Below, piece after piece: positions 1 to 13,216 of a stretch of DNA of 64,000 nucleotides. The stretch is from the NCBI RefSeq assembly GCF_963921235.1, contig NC_086112.1:3472001-3536000 (forward strand). The letters run 5' to 3'. Made by a program: the position numbers and the translations under genes. Each line of letters begins with the position of its first letter. The stretch's first letter is position 1. This stretch comes from Mobula hypostoma (lineage: Eukaryota). The notes below the pieces were generated by a model. That model saw nothing but the letters and a program-made list of their open reading frames with translations, made no database searches and was not told where the DNA came from.

Positions 1-3000
1 CCTGCTCCATCATCTGGAACTGAAGTTCATTTCTCAGTTTTACACTTTGCTAGTTTTGCTTGCAGAGCGGGGATTCATTGGCTGCAGAGTAGCTTGGGGA
101 TTCTGCGAAAATCTAGGACACACCAAATAGTAAAATTTGAGTAATGTAAAGTGTGTTTTAGGACCAGCTTATGAAAATCCTTGGAGTAATTACTCATTAC
201 CTTATTTGATCGTTTGAAAATTGGAGCTTTTTACAGCTCTTTAGAACATAATCTAATACAAAAGAGGGAATAGATTATTTAGAATATTCAAATTCCTGTT
301 ATGGATGCAAGGCAGAAGTCAGCACAAAATGCTGGATGAAAATTAATATGCATTCTTTTCATTAAATATTTAGCAATACAAAGATTGGGAAATATGGAAT
401 AGGTGCAAAGTCATTAATTCAAGTGATTTGTTCAGGTTTATAATGTTACCAGTGTTCTGAATGGCTGAAGAGCTTCATCAGGCTATGTGAATAGGAAAGA
501 GGGCCCAGGGGAAGCCTTTGGGAGCTGCCTTGGTGCATACGTAACTCACTCCCTTAGAGACAGGTTAGGAGGCTTGCTGCTGGAGCTTTGATTGAAGTTT
601 ACAGTCATTTGACATTTCCAGCTCTCTCTGCCAATTGACACTAGTCCCTACAGAATGCATGGGCCTATTACCTGACCACCCACCCCCACAACTGACTAGG
701 TATACTTGGATTTTAAACATGGAAATTGGAAAATGAAATACATTAACCTCAAACTCAAGCATTTTAATTGATGATGTTTACTCTATCGTCATCAAAATCA
801 AAATTGTTTCTACAATCAATAAAATGGGGAAATGGATAATGAAGTATTAGTGACTTCAATTTCATAGTTGTCCAGACAAGCATAAGGGAAAAATTGGAAT
901 CTATAAGAATCCTTCAGTTACCGATTTACACAATTTTCTACATTACAATAGTCCTTTTCATTTTGAGCTTAGATTCTCATATTGGTAATTAGAAATGTAA
1001 CTACTTGGATTTTAAAATATTTCAGGTTTACTTTTGAAAACTATCATAAAGGAAAGAGATCACCTCGACAAGATGAAAGCTCGGGTATGAGTGACAGCTT
1101 GAAGTGAATAGGAGCCTTCCATGCGATTGTGAATGGGGGCGGTAGGGGGAAAATCTAAAGGAAAATGGGTTTTCAAACCAGAAACCTTTAATGCAGAACT
1201 GTGATTTTTATTTTCGATAGTTTTCAAATCCACTTATGAAACTGGAGCACTGAAATGAGAAGTTCCATTCTGCAGTACATAAATCAACTCATCCTTTTTA
1301 TCTATGTGATTACTCTGATTTTAAGTGTTTTAAATGGCAATATTACAATAAACATCTGAATCAAGTAAGCATTTTTGTTACCGTTAGTTTCAGTATCCTG
1401 TTGTCAGTGATGTTCATTAATTAAAAATTTTCAAATTGAAAGCATTTTGCTGACAAGAGATGTAACCATCTTTGAATAGATCAGATCATTATAATTGGAA
1501 TGTGGAGGATACATGTGAATAGTATCACTTCAGAATGACCATTTACCTCCATTTCTAAACTAGAAATGTCTTGGGGTTGATCTTGCTCTTGAAATTGCAG
1601 TTTGTTCCATAAAACTCTATATATTTTTACTTAATTTCCCAGTTGAATTAACTGCAAAGTTGATTTTTGAAGTGGAATACATGAAAGAAAGTTACAAGCT
1701 GCCAAATTTGCCAGGTTTTGCTGTTGCAAGTCAGTTGGTAGAATTCATATCATCAGATTTATCCCTGCATTTGAAACAAAGTTGCTCATGTTCATTAGGA
1801 AGTATGCAGGTGGGACACTATGTATTCAGCACCAGATTTCAAAACAGCTATTTCTTAATTATACTTTCAACATCAGTTCAAGTATTTAAAGTATCCAAAA
1901 GAAAAATGCCTTTCTACTTCTTGTTTAATCCAAGTTCACTATCTCTGGGTGCCGTGAAATGTAGTGTGGGAGATGCAGGCGCTGAGAGTGAGGTCACCTG
2001 ATGATTCAAATATCTGGATTGAAAATGAAAATGCGTTGGTACTTGCAGACAGTGTTATCAGTTGGGATTATTGAAATGAAAGTTCATTTAACTCAATTAT
2101 TTCTTAACCTCAGCGCTAGGATTGCTTTCAAACCCAGTAATCCCTCTCGGTTGTGTGGTGCAGTGGGAAACAAAGCCTTTGAGGTCTTTCTTCCTTTTAT
2201 CCTAGTAAGGTATCTGGAAAAGAGGGAGAATACAGTTTAAATTCAGAGGATGATTTACTGGGAAAAATATACTTCCATCACATAAATGCTAAAATCCCTA
2301 ATATGTGAAAATGAATAAACATACTTCCAAAAGGATTTGTCATTGCATTTGATGCAATTGAAAGTTGCAATCTATCACTTTGGATATCTATATATTTCTT
2401 TGAAGAAATATAATGTGATTAAAGAAATGTAATGTGGTCTAAAGTGCTATATTTATACCACATAAAAATGATGAAAATACTATCCCACATTCAATTGAAA
2501 GTGAGTTGCCTTTATAAATTTTCATTTTAATCATAATTCCTGACTGAATTAAAACACAGAGGGCATTCTAATTCTGTTTGATTTTCTTTACGTGCAAGAC
2601 TAAGCCCAGGTAGTTTTGATTTGGAAATACAACATTATATGCATGCAGGTATGTTATTCATCTCTCACCTGTCTGCAAGAATCAGATCAACCTTCTGCTC
2701 TCCCTTCCCTTACCAGTGGAAAACTAATGAATTCCGATATGAAATCTGTATTGGCAATAATAGGTAGTCTTCCAGATTTAATAAAGTCGGCTTGTTTCTT
2801 CACGGTTTTTTTTGTGTAAATAAAATTTTGGTAAAAGTAGAAGGGCAAAAAGAGCATCGGAACGTTAAATAGTTTGAGGTTTTAAGTTGGAAAAAGAATT
2901 GCGCCTGGAAAAGGCGATTACACCCACGTAAACTTAAGTTTCTACATTACAACGCCCGTTGTTTACTGCAATTGTTCGTATTGCTGGGAGAATAAAAATA

Positions 3001-3599
3001 AGAATGTATTCTATCGTCCAAAAATTCCAAACAGTTCGATATACCAAAAGAAGGAGAAACTTGTAACTCAAAACAGTAGGGCCTAGCGCAAAAAGCCACA
3101 ACGCAATCATTTCACCAGTATGAATATCCATGCCTAGCTAAATGGTACATATAACGCAGAGTATATAATGTAGAAATGTTCAGTCCTGCAAAACTACTTT
3201 TTTCTCCGAACAATATATCTCCGATCAGTATCATTATTACATTCTGCCAAAGTGCAATAATTTTAACTCGTCCTATAATACGCAAGACGGTTAACCCAAG
3301 TCGGGTCACGGCGTTAATAGTAAATTTGGTGTCAATAACTGAAGATATGGATTTATTAAAAGAAGAATATGATTGCACATTACAATGAAAGAAAACAATC
3401 TCCGAGCCTACAAAGATGCGTCACGGGCATTTTTAATGTTTTCTTACAGCTTTTTAAAAACTCATTCAGGTGTTTGATAATTAGAGAAAAAAGGACGGGA
3501 TGGAAACCAGATAATCGAAAACACTAACACAAAGTAAGCAAAGGTGCTCACTTCCTATGAAAATTTACCCAGAAATTAGTAAAATGGGGAGAATTATTT

Positions 3600-3698
3600 T
3601 GCGCCTATGTAATTTATACTTAGTATTATGATGTACCGCTGCCGCAAAACTGCAAATTTCACGACATATGCCTGTGATATTTAACCTGATTTTGATTC
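3600..3698 (+). mobile_element. Short LINE 3'-tail relic (Rex1/Babar-like)
   Basis: tgtaccgctgccgcaaaac...aaatttcacgacatatgc...gatatttaacctgattttgattc; a homologous stretch occurs at 61185-61252. Confidence 0.55.
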
Positions 3699-5420
3699 AA
3701 CAAAATAAAATGCACAATTATCTCCTATTTAACCGGTCTTCTTGTATAATTGCAGATTAGATTGAGAGGTAACGCCGAAGTCTAGTGATATTCATACTTA
3801 ACGGTGTGACTTTCTGACTGTTTCGATGGAACGGTTATTACAGTATGATCACGATTCACCACGTAGAGGTGTCACGTTTATCACTTGTTGGAAATGGTCA
3901 GATACATTCACAAGAATCGGTATTTTATAGGTGATACTTAAAGACCATTTAAAACGTATAAAAATGTGACACCGCCATTAAGAATGTAAAAGATAATGGC
4001 CACTGCCATTCATCCGTTATGCAAAAAAACACACTCGTCGGCGTGCGAATGATTGAGATGACGAATTCCATAGGTAGAAATAAGTGTCCGACTGCAACGA
4101 ACTGTTCTTCATAGCGATCGATAATGAAATCTCTTGAATTAGAGAAAAATCTAAACAATTTAAAATGCGAAATTAAAAAGAAGTTGAAGGTACCTCTGAT
4201 TGATTGACAGATATTACTGAGGAACACGATAAATGTCCCAGAAGATATTCCAGTAGCAATTATCCAAAATCCATATAAGCTGCCAACATTAAAGTTGGTG
4301 TTTTAACATATATTTTTATAGGAGATAGATTCACCTTTTAGAATCAACCTTTTTAGTGCGAGCACTCTTCGTGTTTGAGTTTATTCACCAGATCAGTGAC
4401 AGCTCTTTATTTGCATAATTATATGCTATAGTCTGTACTGAAAACTAACCTCCAAATTTCACGGGTCACCAACCTGCAACAATGAATGTTTTATCACGTA
4501 TGCTAAGGAAAATCTAAGAACCTATATAAAGTTTCTTAGGGATCTGTTTTTCTGTCTCTCGGAGAGAGAGGAAAAAAAGAATATTTGTGTCTCTTCAAGA
4601 GATGTAGAAATCTTTACATCGCTTCTTAGTAACTGAAATCTATTAGTCAGTAATAATAGAGATTAAAATGTACGTGGGGATTTCAGTCTTTCTAGTTTCA
4701 CTTCAAAGTGGTTCCATAAAATACCATCCATGTACAACAGCTAACGCTTTAAACTAGATCCACTCGGGTTATGCAAATTTCTTCGTTAAATCTTAATTTG
4801 ATTAATGATTTTAACAACAGATATGCTCTGTTACAAATACTTTTATTTTCTATATGTTGCACGCGGTTCCAATTTATTTTCAATAAAAATTATATATGTT
4901 AACTTAATACAGCTAAACTCCGCCCTTTTGTCACTATTATTTAGATGTTGGGGAAATGGCAAAATATTAATTCATATTGACCAACTATGCCTTCATATTA
5001 TATTCAATAAATAGTTCATCGGAAAGTTTCGTTTAACTGTTTCTATCAGCTCACAAAGGTTGAATTCAGGAACTGTGATTTTAGATTTTGGACCCGTTTT
5101 ATTTTTTTAGAGAAACGTTTAATACATCGTTTCCTCCTCACGGAAAAGCGCGCAGGGCTTGCCTTTGTAACAAAAGAAAACATTAATATTACAACCGATA
5201 AACAGCAAAGTGTCATATCAAACACTGGAGTAAGCGTGACTTTTACTTCCTACCATTAACTATTATTACTATTGTCTGCAGAAAATAAAACATTTATTAA
5301 TACACTTTAACTTCAGAAGAGATCATAACGATTACATTTCGCGCACGTTAGTGTATTTTCATATTCTAGTTTTCAATGTCATTTTAATAGCACCGCTTTC
5401 TTTTTCATGCCCATGCAGCG

Positions 5421-5530
5421 CGCTCTCGCTCTCTCTCACTCACTCACTCTCTTTCTCTCTCTTCCCCCCTCTCTGTCTCTGTCTGTATGTCTGTCTGTCT
5501 CTATCACTCTCTCTCACACACCCACACAGA
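5421..5530 (+). repeat. (CT)n/(CA)n low-complexity tract at the satellite head
   Basis: Visible CT, CTGT and CA runs. Confidence 0.9.
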
Positions 5531-8500
5531 CACACACTGAAACTCCACTACTCCACATAGACTGAACCCCACTACCCCACATACACTGAAACACACTACT
5601 CCCCCAGACACTGAACCCCACTACTCCCCAGACACTGAACCCCACTACCCCACATACACTGAAAGACACTACTCCGCAGACACTGAACCCACTCGTCCCC
5701 CACGTACACTAAACCCCATTAGTCCCGCACACACACTGAACCCCACTACTCCCTAGACACAGAACCCCACTAGTCCCCCAGACACTGCACCCCACTACTC
5801 CCCAGACACTGAACCCCACTAGTCCCCACACACACACACTGAACCCCACTACTCCCCCACACACTGAACCCACTAGTCCCCCACGTACACTGAACCCCAT
5901 TTGCCCCCCACACACTGAACGCCACTACTCTCCCACACATACTGAACCCCACTACTCCCCCCACACACTGAACCCCACTACTCCCCCACGCACTGTACCC
6001 CACTACTCCCACACACACACACTGAACCCCACTACTCACACACACACACTGAACCCCACTACTCCCCAGACACTGAACCCCACTAGTCCCCCAGACACTG
6101 CACCCCACTACTCCCCAGACACTGAACACCACTAGTCCCCACACACACACTGAACCCCACTACTCCCCCACACACTGAACCCACTAGTCCCCCACGTACA
6201 CTGAACCCCATTTGTCCCCCCACACACTGAACCCCACTACTCTCCCACACACACCGAACCCCACTACTCCCCCACACACACTGAACCCCACTACTCCCCC
6301 AGACACTGAAACCCACTACTCCCCCACACACTGAACCCCACTACTCCCCCGGACACTGAAACCCACTACTCCCCCACGCACTGTACCCCACTACTCCCAC
6401 ACACACACACTGAACCCCACTACTCCCCAGACACTGAACCCCACTAGTCCCCCAGACACTGCACCCCACTACTCCCCAGACACTGAACGCCACTACTCCC
6501 CCACACACACTGAACCCCACTACTCCCCCACAAACTGAACCCACTAGTCCCCCACGTACACTGAGCCCCATTTGTCCCCCCACACACTGAACCCCACTAC
6601 TCTCCCACACACACTGAACCCCACTACTCTCCCACACACACACACTGAACCCCACTACTCCCCCCACACACTGAACCCCACTACTCCCCCAGACACTGAA
6701 ACCCACTACTCCCCCGGACACTGAAACCCACTACTCCCCCACGCACTGTACCCCACTACTCCCACACACACACACTGAACCCCACTACTCCCCAGACACT
6801 GAACCCCACTACTTCCCAGACACTGCACCCCACTACTTCACACACACACTGAACCCCACTACTCCCCCACACACACTGAACCCCACTACTCCCCACACAC
6901 ACTGAACCCCACTACTCCCCACACACACACTGAACCCCACTACTCACCCACACACGGTGAACCCCACTACTTCCCACACACACACTGAACCCCACTACTT
7001 GCCCGACACTGAACCCCACTACTACACCCCCCACACACACACACTGAACCCCACTACTCCCCAGACACTGAACCCCACTAGTCCCCAGACACTGCACCCC
7101 ACTACTCCCCAGACACTGAACCCCACTAGTCCCCAGACACTGCACTCCACTACTCCCCAGACACTGAACCCCACTAGTCCCCACACACACACTGAACCCC
7201 ACTACTCCCCCAGACACTGAAACCCACTACTCCCCCACGCACACACTGAACCCCACTACTCCCCCACACACACACTGAACCCCACTACTCACACACACAC
7301 ACTGAACCCCACTACTCCCCAGACACTGAACCCCACTACTCCCCCACGCACTGTACCCCACTACTCCCACACACACACTGAACCCCACTACTCACACACA
7401 CACACTGAACCCCACTACTCCCCAGACACTGAACCCCACTACTCCCCAGACACTGCACCCCACTACTCCCCAGACACTGAACCCCACTAGTCCCCACACA
7501 CACACTGAACCCCACTACTCCCCCACACACTGAACCCACTAGTCCCCCACGTACACTGAACCCCATTTGTCCCCCCACACACTGAACCCCCCTACTCACA
7601 CACACACACTGAACCCCACTACTCCCCAGACACTGAACCCCACTAGTCCCCCAGACACTGCACCCCACTACTCACACACACACTGAACCCCACTACTCCC
7701 CCACACACTGAACCCCACTACTCACACACACACTGAACCCCACTACTCCCCAGACACTGAACCCCACTAGTCCCCACACAGACACTGAACCCCACTACTC
7801 CCCCACAAACTGAACCCACTAGTCCCCCACGTACACTGAGCCCCATTTGTCCCCCCACACACTGAACCCCACTGCTCTCCCACACACACTGAACCCCACT
7901 ACTCCCCCCCACACTGAACCCCACTACTCCCCCAGACACTGAAACCCACTACTCCCCCACACACACTGAACCCCACTACTCCCCCAGACACTGAAACCCA
8001 CTACTCCCCCACGCACTGTACCCCACTACACCCACACACACACACTGAACCCCACTACTCCCCAGACACTGAACCCCACCAGTCCCCCAGACACTGAACC
8101 CACTAGTCGCCCACGTACACTGAACCCCATTTGTCCCCCCACACACTGAACCCCACTACTCTCCCACACACACCGAACCCCACTACTCCCCCCACACACT
8201 GAACCCCACTAGTCCCCCAGACACTGAAACCCACTACTCCCCCACGCACTGTACCCCACTACTCCCACACACACACACTGAACCCCACTACTCACACACA
8301 CACTGAACCCCACTACTCCCCAGACACTGAACCCCACTAGTCCCCCAGACACTGCACCCCACTACTCCCCAGACACTGAAACCCACTACTCCCCAGACAC
8401 TGAACCCCACCAGTCCCCCAGACACTGCACCCCACTACTCCCCAGACACTGAACCCCACTAGTCCCCCAGACACTGCACCCCACTACTCCCCAGACACTG

Positions 8501-11500
8501 AACCCCACTAGTCCCCACACACACACTGAACCCCACTACTCCCCCACAAACTGAACCCACTAGTCCCCCACGTACACTGAACCCCATTTGTCCCCCCACA
8601 CACTGAACCCCACTACTCTCCCACACACACCGAACCCCACTACTCCCCCACACACTGAACCCCACTACTCCCCCAGACACTGAAACCCACTACTCCCCCA
8701 CGCACTGTACCCCACTACACCCACACACACACACTGAACCCCACTACTCCCCACACACACACTGAACCCCACTACTCCCCAGACACTGAACCCCACTACT
8801 CCCCCACACACTGAACCCCACTACTCCCCCACACACTGAACCCCACTACTCCCCCAGACACTGAAACCCACTACTCCCCCACGCACTGTACCCCACTACT
8901 TCACACACACACTGAACCCCACTACTCCCCAGACACTGAACCCCAGTAGTCCCCCACACACTGAACCCCACCACTCCCCACACACACTGAACCCCACTAC
9001 TCCCCCGGACACTGAAACCCACTACTCCCCCACGCACTGTACCCCACTACTCCCACACACACTGAACCTCACTAAACCCCCACACACACACTGAACCCCA
9101 CTACTCCCCACACACACACTAAACCCCACTACTACCCCTATACACACTGAACCCCACTACTCTCCCACACACACTGAACCCCACTACTACCCCTATACAC
9201 ACTGAACCCCACTACTCTCCCACACACACTGAACCCCACTACTCCCCATACACACTCTGAACCCCAGTACTCCCCACACACACTGAACCCCACTAATTCC
9301 CCCATACACACTGAACCCCTCTACTCCACACACACTAAACCCCACTACTCCCCCACACACACACGGAACCCCACTACTCCCCAACACACTGAACCCCACC
9401 ACTCCCCGACACTGAACCCCACCACTCCCTCCACACACACACTGAACCCCACTACTACCCCCCCACACACACTGAACCCCACTACTCCCCCCAGACACTG
9501 AACCCCACCACTCCCTCCACACACACACTGAACCCCACTACTACCCCTATACACACTGAACCCCACTACTCCCCCCACACACTGAACCCCACTACTCCCC
9601 CCACACACTGAACCCCACTACTCCCCAGACACTGAACGGCACTACTCCCCCACACACACTGAACCCCACTACTCCCCAGACACTGAACCCCGCTACTCAC
9701 CCCCACACACTGAACCCCACTACTCCCCAGACACTGAACCCCACTACTCCCTCCACACGCACACTGAACCCCACTACTCCCCCACACACACTGAACCCCA
9801 CTACTCCCCCCACACATACTGAACCCCTTTACTCCCCAGACACACTGAACCCCACTACTCCCCAGACACTGAACCCCACTACTCCCCCACACACACTGAA
9901 CCCCACTACTCCCCACACACACACTGAACCCCACTACTCCCCACACGCACTGAACCCCACTACTCCCCCCACACACTGAACCCCACTAGTCCCCACACAC
10001 ACTGAACCCCACTACTCACCACACGCACTGAACCCCACTACTCCCCACACACTGAACCCCACTACTCCCCACACACACTGAACCCCACTACTCCCCATAC
10101 ATACTGAATCCCACCACTCCCCCCACACACACTAAACCCCACTACTCCCCAGACACACACTGAACCCCACTACTCCCCACACACTGAACCCCACTACTCA
10201 CCCCCACACACTGAACCCCACTACTCCCCAGACACTGAACCCCACTACTCACCCCCACACACTGAACCCCACTACTCCCCCACACATACTGAACCCCACT
10301 ACTCCCCCCACACACACTGAACCCCACTACTCCCCACACACACACTGAACCCCACTACTCCCCACACACACTGAACCCCACTACTCCCCCACACACACTG
10401 AACCCCACTACTCCCCACACACACTGAACCCCACTACTCCCCCACACACACTGAACCCCACTACTCACCCCCACACACTGAACCCCACTACTGCCCAGAC
10501 ACACTGAACCCCACTACTCCCCCACACACACTGAACCCCACTACTCCCTCCACACACACACTGAACCCCACTACTCACCCCCACACACTGAACCCCACTA
10601 CTCCCCCCACACACTGAACCCCACTACTCCCCAGACACACTGAACCCCACTACTCCCCAGATACACTGAACCCCACTACTCCCCACACACACTGAACCCC
10701 ACTACTCCCCATACATACTGAATCCCACCACTCCCCCCACACACACTAAACCCCACTACTCCCCAGACACACACTGAACCCCACTACTCCCCAGACACTG
10801 AACGGCACTACTCCCCCACACACACTGAACCCCACTACTCCCCCCAAACACACACTGAACCCCACTACTCCCCCGCGCACACTGAACCCCGCTACTCACC
10901 CCCACACACTGAACCCCACTACTCCCCAGACACTGAACCCCACTACTCCCCCACGCACACTGAACCCCACTACTCCCCCACACACACTGAACCCCACTAC
11001 TCCCCAGACACTGAACCCCACTACTCACCCCCACACATACTGAACCCCTTTACTCCCCCCACACACACTGAACCCCACTACTCCCCCACACACACTGAAC
11101 CCCACTACTCCCCACACACACTGAACCCCACTACTCCCACACACACACTGAACCCCACTACTCCCCACACACACTGAACCCCACTACTCCCACACACACA
11201 CTGAACCCCACTACTCACCCCCACACACTGAACCCCACTACTGCCCAGACACTGAACCCCACTACTCCCCCACACACACTGAACCCCACTACTCCCTCCA
11301 CACACACACTGAACCCCACTACTCACCCCCACACACTGAACCCCACTACTCCCCCCACACACTGAACCCCACTACTCCCCAGACACACTGAACCCCACTA
11401 CTCCCCAGACACACTGAACCCCACTACTCACCCACACACACTGAACCCCACTACTCCCCCACACATACTGAACCCCTTTACTCCCCCCACACACACTGAA

Positions 11501-13216
11501 CCCCACTACTCCCCACACACACTGAACCCCACTACTCCCCCACACATACTGAACCCCACTACTCCCCACACACACTGAACCCCACTACTCACCCCCACAC
11601 ACTGAACCCCACTACTGCCCAGACACTGAACCCCACTACTCCCTCCACACACACTGAACCCCACTACTCCCCCACACACACTGAACCCCACTACTCCCCA
11701 CACACACTGAACCCCACTACTCACCCCCACACACTGAACCCCACTACTCCCCCACACACACTGAACACCACTACTCCCCCACACACACTGAACCCCACTA
11801 CTCCCCCACACACACTTAACCCCATCACTCCCCAGACACACACTTAACCCCACTACTCCCCCCCAACGCACACACTGAACCCCACTACTCCCCACACAGA
11901 CTGAACCCCACTACTCCCCCATACAGACTGAACCCCACTACTACCCCCAACGCACACACTGATCCCCACTACTCCCCACACACACACNNNNNNNNNNNNN
12001 NNNNNNNNNNNNNNNNNNNNNNNNNNNNNNNNNNNNNNNNNNNNNNNNNNNNNNNNNNNNNNNNNNNNNNNNNNNNNNNNNNNNNNNNNNNNNNNNNNNN
12101 NNNNNNNNNNNNNNNNNNNNNNNNNNNNNNNNCACACACACACACTGAACCCCACTACTCCCACACACACACACACACACTGAACCCCACTACTCCCACA
12201 CACACACACACNNNNNNNNNNNNNNNNNNNNNNNNNNNNNNNNNNNNNNNNNNNNNNNNNNNNNNNNNNNNNNNNNNNNNNNNNNNNNNNNNNNNNNNNN
12301 NNNNNNNNNNNNNNNNNNNNNNNNNNNNNNNNNNNNNNNNNNNNNNNNNNNNNNNNNNNNNNNNNNNNNNNNNNNNNNNNNNNNNNNNNNNNNNNNNNNN
12401 NNNNNNNNNNNNNNNNNNNNNNNNNNNNNNNNNNNNNNNNNNNNNNNNNNNNNNNNNNNNNNNNNNNNNNNNNNNNNNNNNNNNNNNNNNNNNNNNNNNN
12501 NNNNNNNNNNNNNNNNNNNNNNNNNNNNNNNNNNNNNNNNNNNNNNNNNNNNNNNNNNNNNNNNNNNNNNNNNNNNNNNNNNNNNNNNNNNNNNNNNNNN
12601 NNNNNNNNNNNNNNNNNNNNNNNNNNNNNNNNNNNNNCACACACACACACTGNNNNNNNNNNNNNNNNNNNNNNNNNNNNNNNNNNNNNNNNNNNNNNNN
12701 NNNNNNNNNNNNNNNNNNNNNNNNNNNNNNNNNNNNNNNNNNNNNNNNNNNNNNNNNNNNNNNNNNNNNNNNNNNNNNNNNNNNNNNNNNNNNNNNNNNN
12801 NNNNNNNNNNNNNNNNNNNNNNNNNNNNNNNNNNNNNNNNNNNNNNNNNNNNNNNNNNNNNNNNNNNNNNNNNCACACACACACACTGAACCCCACTACT
12901 CCCACACACACACACACACACACACACTGAACCCCACTACTCCCACACACACACACACACAGACACACACTGAACCCCACTACTCCCACACACACACACA
13001 CACNNNNNNNNNNNNNNNNNNNNNNNNNNNNNNNNNNNNNNNNNNNNNNNNNNNNNNNNNNNNNNNNNNNNNNNNNNNNNNNNNNNNNNNNNNNNNNNNN
13101 NNNNNNNNNNNNNNNNNNNNNNNNNNNNNNNNNNNNNNNNNNNNNNNNNNNNNNNNNNNNNNNNNNNNNNNNNNNNNNNNNNNNNNNNNNNNNNNNNNNN
13201 NNNNNNNNNCACACAC
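5520..13216 (+). repeat. C-rich minisatellite array, ~26-31 bp monomer CTGAACCCCACTACTCCCC(C)(AC)n
   Basis: Directly visible tandem array; roughly 230 monomers in the sequenced 5520-11987 part (length divided by unit size). N blocks at 11988-12132, 12212-12637, 12653-12873 and 13004-13209. Confidence 0.98.

Noticed and set aside
470-482. Isolated CTGATGA motifs (here on the minus strand; also ~20560, 34898, 45444, 63179) as hammerhead cores
   Set aside because: No stem II plus GAAA in the required arrangement.
5520-13216. Resemblance to a CRISPR array or interstitial telomere
   Set aside because: Spacers are only variable C/AC runs rather than unique sequences, there are no cas genes, the context is vertebrate, and the unit is not TTAGGG.
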